From contig JAWQFM010000025.1 of NCBI GenBank assembly GCA_033442325.1, positions 951,278 through 1,002,049 of the forward strand: a stretch of DNA of 50,772 bases, written 5' to 3'. The DNA comes from Salpingoeca rosetta. Its lineage: Eukaryota; Protista; Choanoflagellata. The position numbers and the translations under genes are program-made. Shown here one piece after another: positions 11,887-35,842 of the stretch (positions are counted from its first letter, which is position 1; each line of letters opens with the position of its first letter). The notes under the pieces are model-generated. The model was not told the DNA's origin and searched no databases. It saw only the letters and a program-made list of their open reading frames with translations.

Positions 11887-13369
11887 GTGGGCGTGCATGG
11901 TTTTGCTTGCATATTGCGCCACATACGACGCGTCACACCACCACCACCACCACCACCACCACATCTCCAACGTCTGCATCGCGTTCATCAGGTTGGCGAC
12001 GTGACGGACATCTGCGACGCCCTCCGCTCCATCGGGTCCGAGCTCATCGCCACCCACTTCGTCCGTGAGTCAAAGGCCATGCGATTGTCATTGTGGAGAT
12101 GGCGACAGTGGCGGTGGCGGTGCATTGTGACTGAGTGGGGGTTGAGTGCTGGTGCGGTGCTGGTGCAAGCAATGTGAACTCTTCCCTGCTTGACCGAATG
12201 CTTACAATTCATCCCCTTCATCGTTTCCATCATCATCAAACACCGCCACTCATCATGGCCGTATGCGCACGCCAGTTACCGGCTCGTCCAAGAGTACGGG
12301 TCGGGTTGAGTTTCTGCCAATCCACTGGGAGACGCCTGCGTCGCTGCTCGACAGGTGCGTACCAGCGAGGCGCGCGCGCATGGTGACGTGTCTCTGTGTC
12401 TGTGTGTGTGTGTGTCTGTGTCTGTGTGTGTGTCTGTGTCTGTGTGTCTGTGTGTATGCGTCTGTGTCTGTGTGTCTGTGTGTGTGTGTGTGTGTGTGTC
12501 TGTGTGTGTTTGCATGCGCATGAAACGGTTGCATGATGACAACAGCTTGCGATCACACCACCACATCCACACACTGGACCTCTATCATCACTCCCTCCTC
12601 CGACATCGCCCTTCCCAATCCATTCCCTCCACTGTTGTGCAGCGTGCGCGATGTTCAGCTCAACACAATCCGAAACCTGCGTGGTTTTGTCAACGAAATC
12701 CTCGCAGACACATACGCCTACCACAACCACGTAAAAACACACAACACACATATTCGCTTGCTGTGTGTGACTGTGTGTGAGAGAGAGAGAGTGTGTGTGT
12801 GTGTGTGTTCTCTGTTTTCTCAAAGCACACACACACACATCCTCCTGGCCAACAGTCCTCAACCACCTCTCTGTGCACCACGTCACGGTTTCATCCATTC
12901 ACCTCTTCACCATCATGGTGTCACGTGCCGGCAGAAATCGGCCATGGTCGCAGCCATCGCCGCAGCCATCAACACCACCATCGCATCGTTCCAGCACCAC
13001 AACCCCTCGTTCACGGGCTCCATATCCGTCATGGCGCACGGCTTTGGGGGCGTGCTCGTCCACGACCTTCTCACCCCATTTGGCGATGCATGCGGCAGTG
13101 ATCGTGATGTGGATGGTGGTGAAGGTGAAGGTGAAGGTGATGGTGCTGATGATGGTGATGGTGATGGTGATGGTGATGGTGGTGTCGACCCAGCAGTGGA
13201 GTTTCAGGCGTTTCTTGACGAGCACGGTATGGGATGGTATCTGCTCATGTGCTACTCATGTACCATTTGATCGGCATTCTCGCTTTTGCTGCATCTTGCT
13301 GTAATGACCCCACCCTCCCTGTCCCAACGCCCCATCGTAACACCTCACGTGCCCAAACACATCCCATTG

Positions 13370-13452
<83 letters not shown>

Positions 13453-13589
13453 CACTCACCCACNNNNNNNNNNNNNNNNNNNNNNNNNNNNNNNNNNNNN
13501 NNNNNNNNNNNNNNNNNNNNNNNNNNNNNNNNNNNNNNNNNNNNNNNNNNNNNNNNNNNNNNNNNGTGTGTGTGTGACACGTGTGTGTG

Positions 13590-13627
<38 letters not shown>

Positions 13628-13894
13628 ATGTGTGTGTGCATGCAACGTCGTCGATGCGCTGCCTCGTCATGTCACCGCGCTCATCAAATCGCAACTGTCC
13701 ACCACCCGGTCCCGTGTCCCCTGTCTCCGTTTGAAAATGGTTACACTTTCACGTCAGCAATGGAGGCCCTTCGCGCTGCTGATGAAGAGAAGAAGCGCAA
13801 GAGCACACAGCAGCAAGCAGATAGCGAGCAGCCAGCAGCAGACACGGCGCCACCCAAGAAACAGGTGTGCACATGTGAACGCTTAATGCATGCT

Positions 13895-13971
<77 letters not shown>

Positions 13972-14893
13972 CGTTGGTGCTCTCACTTGCACACTTGCTA
14001 TGAAACGCCCGTGTCATCTTCTCACCTCCCCTGCTGCTTTCCCTTCTTCTTTCCACCACCACCACCACCACCATCACCACCACCACCACTACCACCATCA
14101 CCACCACCATCACCACCACCACCACCACCACCACTACCACCATCACCACCATCACCACCACCATCACCACCACCACCACCACCACCACCACTACCACCAT
14201 CACCACCATCACGTCGTGCCATCTTCCAATCCACACATGTGCACGTGTGTAGTCATCATCACCACCATCAGTGTCGTGCTCGTTTGCGAATGTGTTCCTG
14301 CTCGGATCTCCGCTCGGTGCGGGCGATGGCCATTGCGATGCGCTGCGTTGTACTTTGTGTGTGTCTGTGTGTCTGTGTGTCTGTGTGTCTGTGTATGTGT
14401 CTGTGTGTGTGTGTGTGTGTGCGTGTGCGCGTGTGTATGTGTGCGTGCGTGTGTGTCTGTGTGTGCGTGTGTGCGTGTGTGTCTGTGTGTGTTCGTGCAC
14501 AAATGTGTGTCTGTGTGCCTGTGTGTTGACCATACGCGCTTGATACACCCGACTCAAATGCAAGTGCTCACATGGCGTCGTTCTTTGTGACAGCCTCCCA
14601 TCTGGCCATGACGCGAGATGCAACGGCTCAGCGTGAGGAGGGAGGACCAGCCCCGTTGCCTGCAGGCACGATGGGAAGCGCGCAGTGGTTCAACGTGTTT
14701 CACCCGTACGATCCGCTTGCCAGTCGTCTTGATCGCGTCTTGTTGGGGGACACCGCCCCTTTACAGGCACAGGAGATTCCCCATCACAAAGGTCGCGGGA
14801 AGCGCATGCATCTCGGTGAGGCCCAATGGTTTGTTCAAAACACACGCACTTTGAACGCACACTGATGTCCACCTTGTCTGTGTGTGTGTGTGT

Positions 14894-14936
<43 letters not shown>

Positions 14937-15245
14937 GGTAATGATTACCAGCGTCGCCCACGTCCTGTCTTCATGTCCTCACAAGTAACAAAAACCCCAA
15001 CACCACCACCACCCCATTCCCATGTATGTTCCATTGGTTCATCAGAGCTCAAAGATTACATCAGCGACACCAAGCGCGAGCTGCAGCGGGAGGTGCGCAC
15101 TTGGGCCGGCACCGCCTGGTCCTCGTTCAACAACGCCCTCAAGACAAGGTCACTTCCCTGACTTGCTCGCACACTCATGTTGTGTGTGTGTGTGTGTGGT
15201 TGTGTGTACTTGTGTGGTGCGTGTGTACTTGTGTGATGTGTGTGT

Positions 15246-15319
<74 letters not shown>

Positions 15320-15517
15320 ATATGTGTGCGTTAATGTGGCTCTATGAGCGTACACCCATGTGCGTGTGGCTGCCCTCTCCTGTTTCCAAAGCTGTGTGAT
15401 ATCGTCAGTCACGCACCACCCCAACACGGCATCACGAATGCAGGGTTGGCGTGGACGTCGGCTCGTTTGCGCTGGGAAAGCTGGCAGGGTCGCTCAACGA
15501 TGAACAGGCAGACAACG

Positions 15518-15553
<36 letters not shown>

Positions 15554-16036
15554 GGGAACAACAGGAACAATCCAAGCAGCAGCAACAGCAACCGATCATG
15601 TCGTCATCTTCATCGTCGTCTGCGATGACGAGTGGACCGTCCATCCGTTTTGACCACGTGCTCCAGGTGCTCGCGCTCGCTGTTCTGTGTCAATGCAATT
15701 GTGACAATAACATTTCTTTTCGGACGCGTTGATGTGTTCTCTCACTCACCACTCACCCCCCCCCCTCACACACACACATACACACATACACACACACACA
15801 TACACATACACATACACACACACATCACTGACATTACATCACATCATCACTCGCCACGCACCGCCACGCATTGCCAGGCCTCCACCACGGACGTGGTGTC
15901 CCAGGCCGTGTTCGCCATGAAATCGCACCGGTCGTATTGGTCGTCCGAAGATACTGTTCTCTTCGTCCTCTCCCGCCTCTACTCACCAACAACAACGACG
16001 ACGACGACGACGACGACGACGATGGAGAACGCCTAG
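9713..16036 (+). CDS. SEC23IP: WWE + DDHD domain protein, SEC23IP/DDHD2 (intracellular PLA1) family; multi-exon
   Basis: Exons include 9713-9736, 9870-10516 (WWE: [28 protein letters not shown]), 10785-10854 and 11068-11154. Later exons carry [63 protein letters not shown]|ELK, RFDHVLQ and [16 protein letters not shown]. Stop TAG at 16034-16036. One gap lies within the gene. Confidence 0.88.
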
Positions 16037-16089
16037 AACTGTATCGTGTTGTGTGTGTGTGTGTATGTGTGTGTGTGTGCGTGTGTGTG

Positions 16090-16174
<85 letters not shown>

Positions 16175-16449
16175 ATGTCCCCTCCTCCATCCTCTTCGCG
16201 TTTGTGTGTCATCGTTTGTTTGGTGGTCGCTGTCCTGACGAAACAGCACAGCATGATAAGGCACTCAGCAACAACACAGCTGGCATGAAGCGCGTGCAAC
16301 TCATCTGTGTCAAGTTGCACACGGCTGCAAATCGGGATATCAAGGAAGGAGTAACAACACGACACACAAAACAACAACAACAACAACAACACACACACAC
16401 ACACAACAAACAACAAACAACAACAACAACAACAACACAACACCAGTGA

Positions 16450-27044
<10,595 letters not shown>

Positions 27045-27238
27045 GGCTGCGGTTCACGACACCAAGAAATGGCGCTGGCCGGGAGGAGCTTGGACGAAGC
27101 ACACTGCAGAAAATAGTTTGAAAATATTGCTGATCTTCCGCACTCACAATCACAAGCGCCACCAAACCTCCAAACCACAAACAAAAACACACCACAACAC
27201 ACCATCAGAAGTTTGACGCGAGTGTGAGCACAGATTAG
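27045..27238. promoter_or_regulatory. Short head-to-head intergenic region, candidate bidirectional promoter
   Basis: Only about 194 bp between the inferred ATGs of the divergent NACHT-TPR (27044, -) and SVOP-like (27239, +) genes. Confidence 0.5.
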
Positions 27239-28107
27239 ATGATGATGGACGGGGGAGACGATTGGAGTGAGAAGAAGCCTCTCCTCACGGATGATGAAGT
27301 AGAGACGGGCAACGATACAGAGAAGCGGTTCTACGACGATGTTTCCCCTTATGTGAGTGCAATGGCCGTGTGTGTCTGTGTCTGTGTCTGTGTCTGTGTG
27401 TGTCTGTGTCTGTGTCTGTGTCTGTGTCTGTCTGTGTGTGTTCGAGTGGTGATTGCATGCATCATGACCCCCTCACCCCTTCTCTCGCTATTATATCACC
27501 CTTTCTCGCTTCTCAATCACCTTCTCTTGCTTCCAACCTTTCTTTTCGCTTATAGGTGGAGTTGACGGTGCCAGAGGCCATCAACAGGATTGGCTATGGC
27601 TGGCAGCAAATCCGCGTGCTCCTCATCTGCGGGCTCTGCTTCTGCACAGACAGCATCGGTGTGTATGTGTGTGTGTGTGTGTGTGTCTAAGCGTGTTGAG
27701 TGTGTGATTTGAAGCATGGAGGTGAAAGGATCCTTGCGTGCATGCAAGCCTTGCATGTTCCTGTTTGTTGGTTGCGTGCACGCGCACATACACTACTCAT
27801 CCACACACGCACACACATACTACTCACTCATTCACAAACAAAACCCGCGCATGTACACACACACATGTACACACACACGTCCACAGAGATTGGTCTGTTG
27901 ACCTTCCTTCAAGTGGAGGCCAAGCATGCGTTTGACCTGACAGATGTGGAGGAGTCCACGCTGTCTGCGGTTGTGTTTGGCGGGGAGCTGTTTGGCTCCA
28001 TCTTCTGGGGTCCAATGGCAGATCGCTTTGGGCGACGTCGTGCCGCGTTTCTTCCGGCACTCATGGTCACTGGCGCGGGCTTGGCAAGGTGCAGTTGGCG
28101 CACGTGT

Positions 28108-28164
<57 letters not shown>

Positions 28165-28556
28165 GTCCTCGTGTGGCTGTATATTTGTCTGTGTGTGTGC
28201 ATGTGTGTGCGCGTGTGACTGCGTGTGCTTCTGTCTCTCTGTCAGCGTACACACGTGCACATTTGGCGTTTTTGAGCCATGCATTCATCCATGGCTTCCA
28301 TCACCGACTCTGCTCGCCTACCACACGTTCATATGCATGCTCAACCCACATCCGCTTCTTTCGACACCTGCAGTGCGTTCTCTGTGGACTTTATCATGCT
28401 GGTTGCGCTTCGCTTCCTTGTTGGCTTTGGCATTGGCGGTATGGGTGTTCCCTACGACCTCCTGGCCGAGTTTATGCCGTCCAAGATTCGCGGCAAGGCC
28501 CTCTTCAGCATCGAGTTTTTCTGGTACGTGTGTGTGGGTGGCGGGGGAGTTGTTTG

Positions 28557-28596
<40 letters not shown>

Positions 28597-30332
28597 CGTA
28601 CATACGTGTCTGTATCTTTGTGTGTGTGTGTGTGTGTGTCTGTGTGTCTGTGTGTGTCTGTGTGTCTGCATGCTGGTATGTTCGACTCAACTCGGCTTTG
28701 TCTGCCTCACTGCCTCGTTGCTCTGTTCCAATCAACCCTTTTCAACTCTATGTTCTTCGCTTTTCACTCTCCCTCACATTCATGCCCACCACGAACACCA
28801 CCCACCAAACCCCCCCCCCACCACCACCAGGACGTTTGGGACGCTGTTTGTGAACGGCTTGGCGTGGATCATGCTTGACCGGCTGGGCTGGCGCTATCTC
28901 GTGGCCGTGTGCGCTGCGCCTGTTGCCATCGCCATGTTGTTCTTCCCCTTTCTCCCGGAATCGCCACACTGGCTGCTGTCTGTCAACAGGAGCGAGGATG
29001 CTCTCCGTGTTGTCCGCAACGCAGCCCGCCTGAACAAGCGCGAAGACGCGCTCCCGCCAAACATGCGACTCGTGCGCATGCACAACCCGCCAGTCGACGG
29101 CAAGACGTTTGTGATTGCCTCGTCCCACCACGAAGGCGGCGTTGATGGTGGTGACGACGAGTACTACCGCGATGATGCTGGCTACCACCGCGAGAAGAAC
29201 AGGGAGCTCACACCCATGCTCAACGGCACTGCCAATCACAAGCACGCCAACAGCAGCAAGCACAACAACACGGCTGTCAGCGTCAACAGCGTGCACAACG
29301 GTGGGGGCAGTGGCAGTGCAGTCGCCAGTGATGATGATGATGTTGCTGATGACAGCGGCGGGTCCATGTCACCGCTGCGGCTATTCAACAAGGCCAACTG
29401 GCGCGCAACTGTCATGCTCTGGACCATCTGGAGCACATTCGGCTTTGCATATTACGGTGTGTGTGCGTGTGTGTAGGGGTGTGTGCGTGTGTGTAGGGGT
29501 GTGTGGGTGTGTGTAGGTGTAGGTGTGTGTGTGCGTGGCTGTGAAGAAGCCTGTTTTGGCGGGCGCGTGGTGTTTGCGTAATGTACGCGTGGGGCGTTCA
29601 GCAAAAACACTGCTGTAGCCGCCTTTTGCTGCCCCCAACACACGACTCCCTTGCTCCCTTCCCTCTTCTCATACTTGCTCTCCTCTTGCCCCCCCCCGGC
29701 CAAACATCCACTGCACAACAGGCGCCGTGATCATTACGCCCGAATACTTCTCTGGATGGGACCACAAACACAACAGCACAAACGGATCGTCCATCCACAA
29801 CGACACGCTGTTTCTCCAGCAAGCCCCTGTGTTCTCCCTTGACGGCAATCAAACACATCACCATCACCACCACCACAGCACGGGTCACTTTGACTACCCT
29901 GCCCTGTTCACGGCTGGCGCTGCCGAGCTGCTGGGCGCGATTGTGGGCGTGCTGCTGATTGACCACATCAACAGGAAGCCGTTGGCCGGCGTGACGTTCA
30001 TCATCAGCGGCGTGCTCATGGTGCTGACGATTATCAGCGTTCCGCGCGGCGTGGGCATCATGCTTGTTGTGCTTGCACGCATGGCCATCTTCATTGGCTC
30101 TTGCGTGGTGTGGGTGGTGACGCCGGAGCTGTACTCGACGAGCGTGCGTGCTGCTGGACATGGGTGGTGCAATGGCATGGCGCGGCTTGCGGCGTTTGCC
30201 ACCCCATATTGGGGCGATGCCTCTGCTGTGCCGCTGTATGGCCGCCTTGCCCTCTATGGCGCCACCAGCATTATCGCTGGCATGGCATCTTTTGGCCTTC
30301 CCCGCGAAACCAGGGGCGTTGCCCTTGACTAA
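27239..30332 (+). CDS. SVOP: MFS transporter, SV2-related (SVOP-like); about 6 exons
   Basis: LTVPEAINRIGYGWQQ..LCFCTDSI|EIGLLTFL, WGPMADRFGRR (motif A), LRFLVGFGIGG, LLAEFMPSKIRG, GWRYLV, LPESPHWL, VTPELYSTSVRAAG and LPRETRGVALD*. Confidence 0.88.
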
Positions 30333-31234
30333 CTGAACAAACCATGTGTGTGTGTGTCTGTCTGTGTGTCTGTGTGTCTGCGTGTGTCTGTGTGTCTGTC
30401 TGTGTCTGTGTATCTGTGTCTGTGTGTGTGTCTGTCTGTCTGTCTGCGTGTCTGTGTGTGTGTGTGTCTGTGTGCGTGTCTGTGTCTGCGTCGGCGTCTG
30501 TCGGTCGGTCGGCCCATGCTGTGTGCTTTGTCACTTTTGTTTTTTCCTTTTGCCTGCAGGCAACTAGCTGTTCTAAGACCATTTGATGTTCTTCCTTTAT
30601 ACCACCTCTTCGGTGTAATCGCCCCCCTCCCTCCCGCCTTGCGCCTGTTTTCCTTTCTTTCTCGTTCTGCCATGCGCATCCTTTGCTGGCACGCACGCTT
30701 GCTCGCGCTCCCCTTTTTGTGCTTCTTGCTTTGCAAGCGTCAACCCACGTGTATTGACGATGGTGTAGAGGATCCGCGAAAATCTTCCAATAAATTTCAG
30801 CAATCACGATGACCACCACTCCAACCACCCACAGCACCAGCATTTTGTTTGCTGCTGTTACGCCTCCGCGACCAGACACAAGCCTGTCACCAACAAGCAA
30901 GGCAGCACACGCACACGATCACTGAACGTGCGTGTTGTACCCCCCTTCCCCAACACTCCCACACACACACACAATCACTCTCTCTCTCTCTGTCTCAATT
31001 TCCAGTGAACCACGCCTTTGCTCTTTGCTTCGTTCATTTTCTTGATCCTTTCTCCCTTGAACATAACGATTCCAAGGCATCAGAGCCCCACTCGCTGATC
31101 CCACCGCACCTGTTTTCCTTTTCTCTCCCTTCCCACATCCTCTTCTCTTCTTCTCCTCCTCAGACCTTCCCCCCCCCCCTCCCCTCATCCGTCCCTCTCC
31201 TCCTCCTACCCACCCGTCCCTGCTCTCCAGCAAA

Positions 31235-32554
31235 ATGGTGTCCGTGGGTGCTGCGTTGCGATCGCCGCTGTTCTGGGCATGCGTGGGCATGGTGATCGGC
31301 GCGCTTGGGCAGCTGCTCTCCCTGCCGTGCTTCCTCGGACAGCTGCGGGAGGGTGGCCCGTACTTTGTCCTGTTCTGGTGCTCGTGCCTCTTCAACATCT
31401 TCTTCTGGACACTGGTGGGCGTCCGCAGCTGCACGGGCAAGATCCCACGCCACATGCACCGGCAGTCCGTCACGTGGGGGTTCCAGGGGCGCCTGCTGCT
31501 CATCGGCATCAGCGACGCCGCCAACGGCATCCTGCTTGTCTTCGCCACGGCCAACACCCCAAACGACCTGCAGGGCCCCTTGTTGCAGGCCACCATCCCG
31601 CTCACCCTTGTTGCCAGCTACTTTGTGCGGCACGTGGAGAAGCGGTACCGTCTGTGGCAGATTGTCGGCGCCATCGTCACCATGATAGGCATCTTTGTCT
31701 CCCTCGTGCCCGCCCTGCACAGCGCGGCCACGCACAAGCACGACGCGCAGTTCCCCAACGGCACGTGGTGGGCGGCCGTGTTTGTGTTCAGCTGCGTCCC
31801 CGCGGTCCTGATGAACGTGTACATGGAGGCCATCTTCAACAAGTACCGCGACACGTCCACGGACTCGTACGACAAGTACCTCCTCCTGGCCTGGGAGAGC
31901 CTGTACCAGGTCCTGGCCATGGTCGCCCTCTGGTGGACGGACTTCCTGCCTGGGTTTGGGCCCTCATCCAACTTCCACGACGCAGCCCACTCCCTTGCCG
32001 GCGGCTTCAAGTGCTTCTTTGGGGCGGAGAGCGGCTGCCAGTATGCCGCGCTCATGGGCATCCTGTTTGCGGGCTTCTACATCATGTCCTACGTCTTCAC
32101 CGCCATTGTCGCCGACACGGACTCCGCCAACATGGCCTCCCTCATCGCCGCGCTGGCCAACCCGCTCTCGTCCGTGTTCTGGATCGCCGTGCCCCAGGCC
32201 AACCGCTGGTGCCACGGCGCAAGCATCTCCCGCGTGGACATGATCTGGGCCCTTGCCTCCCTCCCCGTCATCCTCATCGGCACCGTCATGTTCAAGGCGT
32301 TTGAGCCCGAGAAGCTGCACGACGGCTACACGTCCATCCAGGGCGATGGCAAGGACGAGGGCGCCGGCGGTGACACGTACGGGCACGGGTACATTGTTGG
32401 TGGGATGCCCACGCACGGCAAGAGCGTGCAGGACAAGTTCAACCCACCCCCGCCCCCAATGAATGGCTACTATTCGAATGGCAGCGGTAATGGAAACAGT
32501 AGACACGGTGCACGAGGAGACCAAGCGAGCTATCAACGTCGTGAATGGGCATAG
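31235..32554 (+). CDS. CRT-like (chloroquine-resistance-transporter family, DMT superfamily) membrane protein; intronless, 439 aa
   Basis: About 10 hydrophobic helices. IGISDAANGILLVFATANTPNDLQGPLLQATIPLTLVAS, SCVPAVLMNVYME, WESLYQ and GFKCFFG..C resemble the CRT/CLT family pattern. Confidence 0.75.
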   Translation: MVSVGAALRSPLFWACVGMVIGALGQLLSLPCFLGQLREGGPYFVLFWCSCLFNIFFWTLVGVRSCTGKIPRHMHRQSVTWGFQGRLLLIGISDAANGILLVFATANTPNDLQGPLLQATIPLTLVASYFVRHVEKRYRLWQIVGAIVTMIGIFVSLVPALHSAATHKHDAQFPNGTWWAAVFVFSCVPAVLMNVYMEAIFNKYRDTSTDSYDKYLLLAWESLYQVLAMVALWWTDFLPGFGPSSNFHDAAHSLAGGFKCFFGAESGCQYAALMGILFAGFYIMSYVFTAIVADTDSANMASLIAALANPLSSVFWIAVPQANRWCHGASISRVDMIWALASLPVILIGTVMFKAFEPEKLHDGYTSIQGDGKDEGAGGDTYGHGYIVGGMPTHGKSVQDKFNPPPPPMNGYYSNGSGNGNSRHGARGDQASYQRREWA

Positions 32555-33147
32555 ATAGGGTAGACAGGCCTTTGCGTGTGTGTCTGTGTCTGTGTGTGTG
32601 TGTGTGTGCGCGTCTGCGTCTGCGTCTGTCTGTGTGTGTGTGTGCATTTGAGTTGGTTTGTGTGATTCTGCCTTCTGTGTTGTCTCTTCTGCCTCTATCT
32701 CTGCTTCTGCCTCTGCTTCTTTCTTGCCTGCAGGCAAGTAAACAACCGAAGCACGACATGCCCCAACCACCACTCTTTCCTTGCGTTACAACTCACCTTT
32801 TGCAACTTGCAGGCTCGCGATCTCCCTCTCTTCTTTCTCTCTTCTTTTCTCTCCCTTTGCTGTCTCTGTGACGTCTATTGGTGGGCCTTCTCTTCGTGGC
32901 GTGTGTTCCACAACACTCAGCACACAATGGATACGACAACAGACATCAACAGCAAGAACACTGAACCGCTGAACGCAGCATAACAGGGCACACAACGCCA
33001 CGCACACAGAAAGACCGGCAAAACAAACAGGCACTGCCAGGCATGCAGAAGATCGTTTATCATTCCCACTGCTTTTCCGACACCAAAAGGGCGTGCCCCC
33101 AACAACAACTCCTCGTTCCAACTCTTGTTGCGAGCAAGAAGTGAGCC

Positions 33148-35806
33148 ATGTCAAGCACCTCCTCCAGCCGCGCGGCGTCGATGCTGATCGCTGGGGTGGC
33201 GGTGTTGCTGTGCTGTATGCTCGCTTGCTGCACCCCAGCGCCATCAGTGGCAGCCCTAAACACTGCTCAAGCGCAGGTGAGCACTGTCCACAGCGCGCAT
33301 GTGTGTTGTCGGTTCCATGTCGTGTCGTGCTCAGCTGCATGAGATGACTGTTTGCTCTGAGCGTCAATCCGTTTTGGTGTCGTGTCGTTGCACGCACATC
33401 TTGCGTTTCGACACTTTGCTCTCATCGCGCAAAGAAGCTGTGCGCGCACAAGCACTCTGCCACATGACACAAGCATGCTGTCTCTCTCCCTCACAACACA
33501 CGACACCACACACACACACACACACACACACACCCGAATACACAACAAAACGCACGAACACACACGCAACACAACACACACGCACACACGCACACATGAA
33601 ACACACACACGCACACATGAAACACACACACGCACACACACACACACGCACACACACACACACGCACACACACACACACGCACGACAGGACGATGATATG
33701 CTGTTGTGCATGCAGGCATACGCGTCGTTGGCACGCTTTGAGGAGATAATTGCGCGGCCCAACACTGCACATGGGATGCAACCTGCTTCTTCATTTCCCG
33801 CATCGCCTGATGACGTGGCGCCTCTTCAAGCCATTTTGCGCCGCTTCGGCTGTCGCAGCTCGCTCACAGACGAAGAATCATTCCTCGCAAGCGATATGGC
33901 CACACCACCCGCCCAACAACACTTCCAGCCCACCACCCCCGCCCCTGCTGCTGCCAACTTGGTGGAGCGAAAGCGCGTGCAGGTACAGGAGCAACACCGC
34001 CAGCAGCTGGCCGCCATCAAGCAATTCAAGAGTGCCGGAGGCGTCGGTGAGGACACGGAACTGATCGATCCACCGCCCATGGTGCACCCGGAGCAACTGG
34101 AGCGGCTGGAGCGCCGGCGCCGGTTTCGAGCGCGCCGCAACCACCTAGAGGCTGTCGAGTGCACGCTTGCGGACATGCTCCCACCGTCCTGCCAACATCA
34201 CGACTCGCTCTCCAACCTCACCCTCATTGTGCCTGCAGGCACCCAGCTCAAGCCTCAAAACCCGCTCCCAGCGGAGTTCACCAAGGATGTCGAGTGGATG
34301 GTGGTGCGTGGCAATGGTCTCACCCTGAGTGCACTGAGGACCATCTTGCATGCAAGCAGCTGGCCCCGGCTGCAGCACCTAGTGGTACAAAGCTTGCCCG
34401 CTCCCACGCTTTCACTGGACCTGTTTAACCCGCTCTCGCAGCTGGTCACGCTGGACGTCTCTGGCAACGGCATTGTGACGCTGCAGCGCGGCAATCTGCG
34501 GCCGGCCCTCGCGGCACTGCTCACCAGCCTGGACGCTTCCAACAACCTCATCATGAGCCTCCACAGCAACCTGTTTGATGGCATGACCTCGCTGCAGCTG
34601 CTCTTCCTGCAGCACAACCAGCTCGAAACCGTGAAATCCCGTGCGTTTGCAGCCCTCACCGCGCTCCAAATCCTCGAGCTTGGGGAAAACCTGCTTACGC
34701 GCATTGAAGACAAGGCATTCGAGGGCCTCTCCAACCTGCTTGAGCTGCACCTGAACCAGAACGACATTGACACGCTGACGGCGCACACGCTGGACGGCCT
34801 GTCCAGCCTGGAGGAGATCTCGTTCCTGCGCAATCCGTTTGGCAGTCTGCACCGGGACGCGTTCTGCGCCCTGACGAGTGTGCGCGAGATCAACGTGGTG
34901 AGCACGGAGCTGACGTCGTTGCCTGAGCACATCTTTGACAAGAACACGAGGCTGCAAATCGTGGATGTGCGCAGCAACCGGCTGTCTGCGCTTCCAAAGG
35001 GCCTGTTCGACAACCTGCCAGCCATGGTCAGCATGCGGCTGGCAAGCAACGTGCTCAAGTCCCTCCCCACCCACATCTTCGATCGCCTACCGCTCTTGCG
35101 CGAGGTGCTGCTGCACGACAACCAGCTGACCTCCCTCCACCCGAACCTGTTCGAACACAACCCTGACATCTGGGTGGCCAATCTGCAGCGCAATCGCTTC
35201 AAGAGCCTGCCCCCCACCCTCTTCCAGGCCAACAAGCGCTCCCTTGAGCACGTGTACATCGGCGGCAACGCGCTCAAGACCGTCGACGCCATACTTGACG
35301 GCCTGGTGGCCCTCAAGTCCCTCTTCGTCCGCAGCAACAGGATTACGCAACTCACCGCGGTCCTCCCCGCCTTGGAGGACCTGGACATGAGCAACAACCC
35401 GCTGCAGCAAATGCCGGACGTTTCAGCCAGCCCGCACCTGGAAACCATCCGCGTGCAGAACAACCACATCACGCAGATTGACTTTACGCCGCTGCTGCAG
35501 CTTGCCAACCTGACCATCCTTCGCGTGTCGACTGCCGAGCACCTGCGCGCGGTTGCGAGTGTGGATGTGTCCAAACTGGACACGCAGAGGACGCGTCGGC
35601 TGACCACGTTCGAAGCGCGGCACCTCGATCTCTCGCAGGTGTTCCACGCTGGTGGCGGTGTTGGTGGCAGTGGCGACAACAGTGGTGGCGGTGATGACAG
35701 CAGTGGTGATCAGAGTAACACGAACAACAACAACAGCAACGACAGCAGCAGCAGCAGCAGCAGCAACGACAGCAGCAGCAACGACGGCACCAACGGTATC
35801 AGTCAA

Positions 35807-35842
<36 letters not shown>

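Noticed and set aside
14053-14212. Long poly-His / extensin-like poly-Pro reading
   Set aside because: (CAC)n tract at the 3' side of a DDHD-gene intron, matching the general intron pattern.
33299-33688. First 130 codons of the 1423-aa ORF
   Set aside because: Lies in the intron following the signal-peptide exon (donor 33277); CA-repeat derived.
34255-35679. 474-aa antisense ORF (similar ones at 48459-49664, 2424-3569, 31279-32304, 956-1768)
   Set aside because: Shadow or alternate-frame ORFs expected from high-GC3 coding sequence; no motifs of their own.
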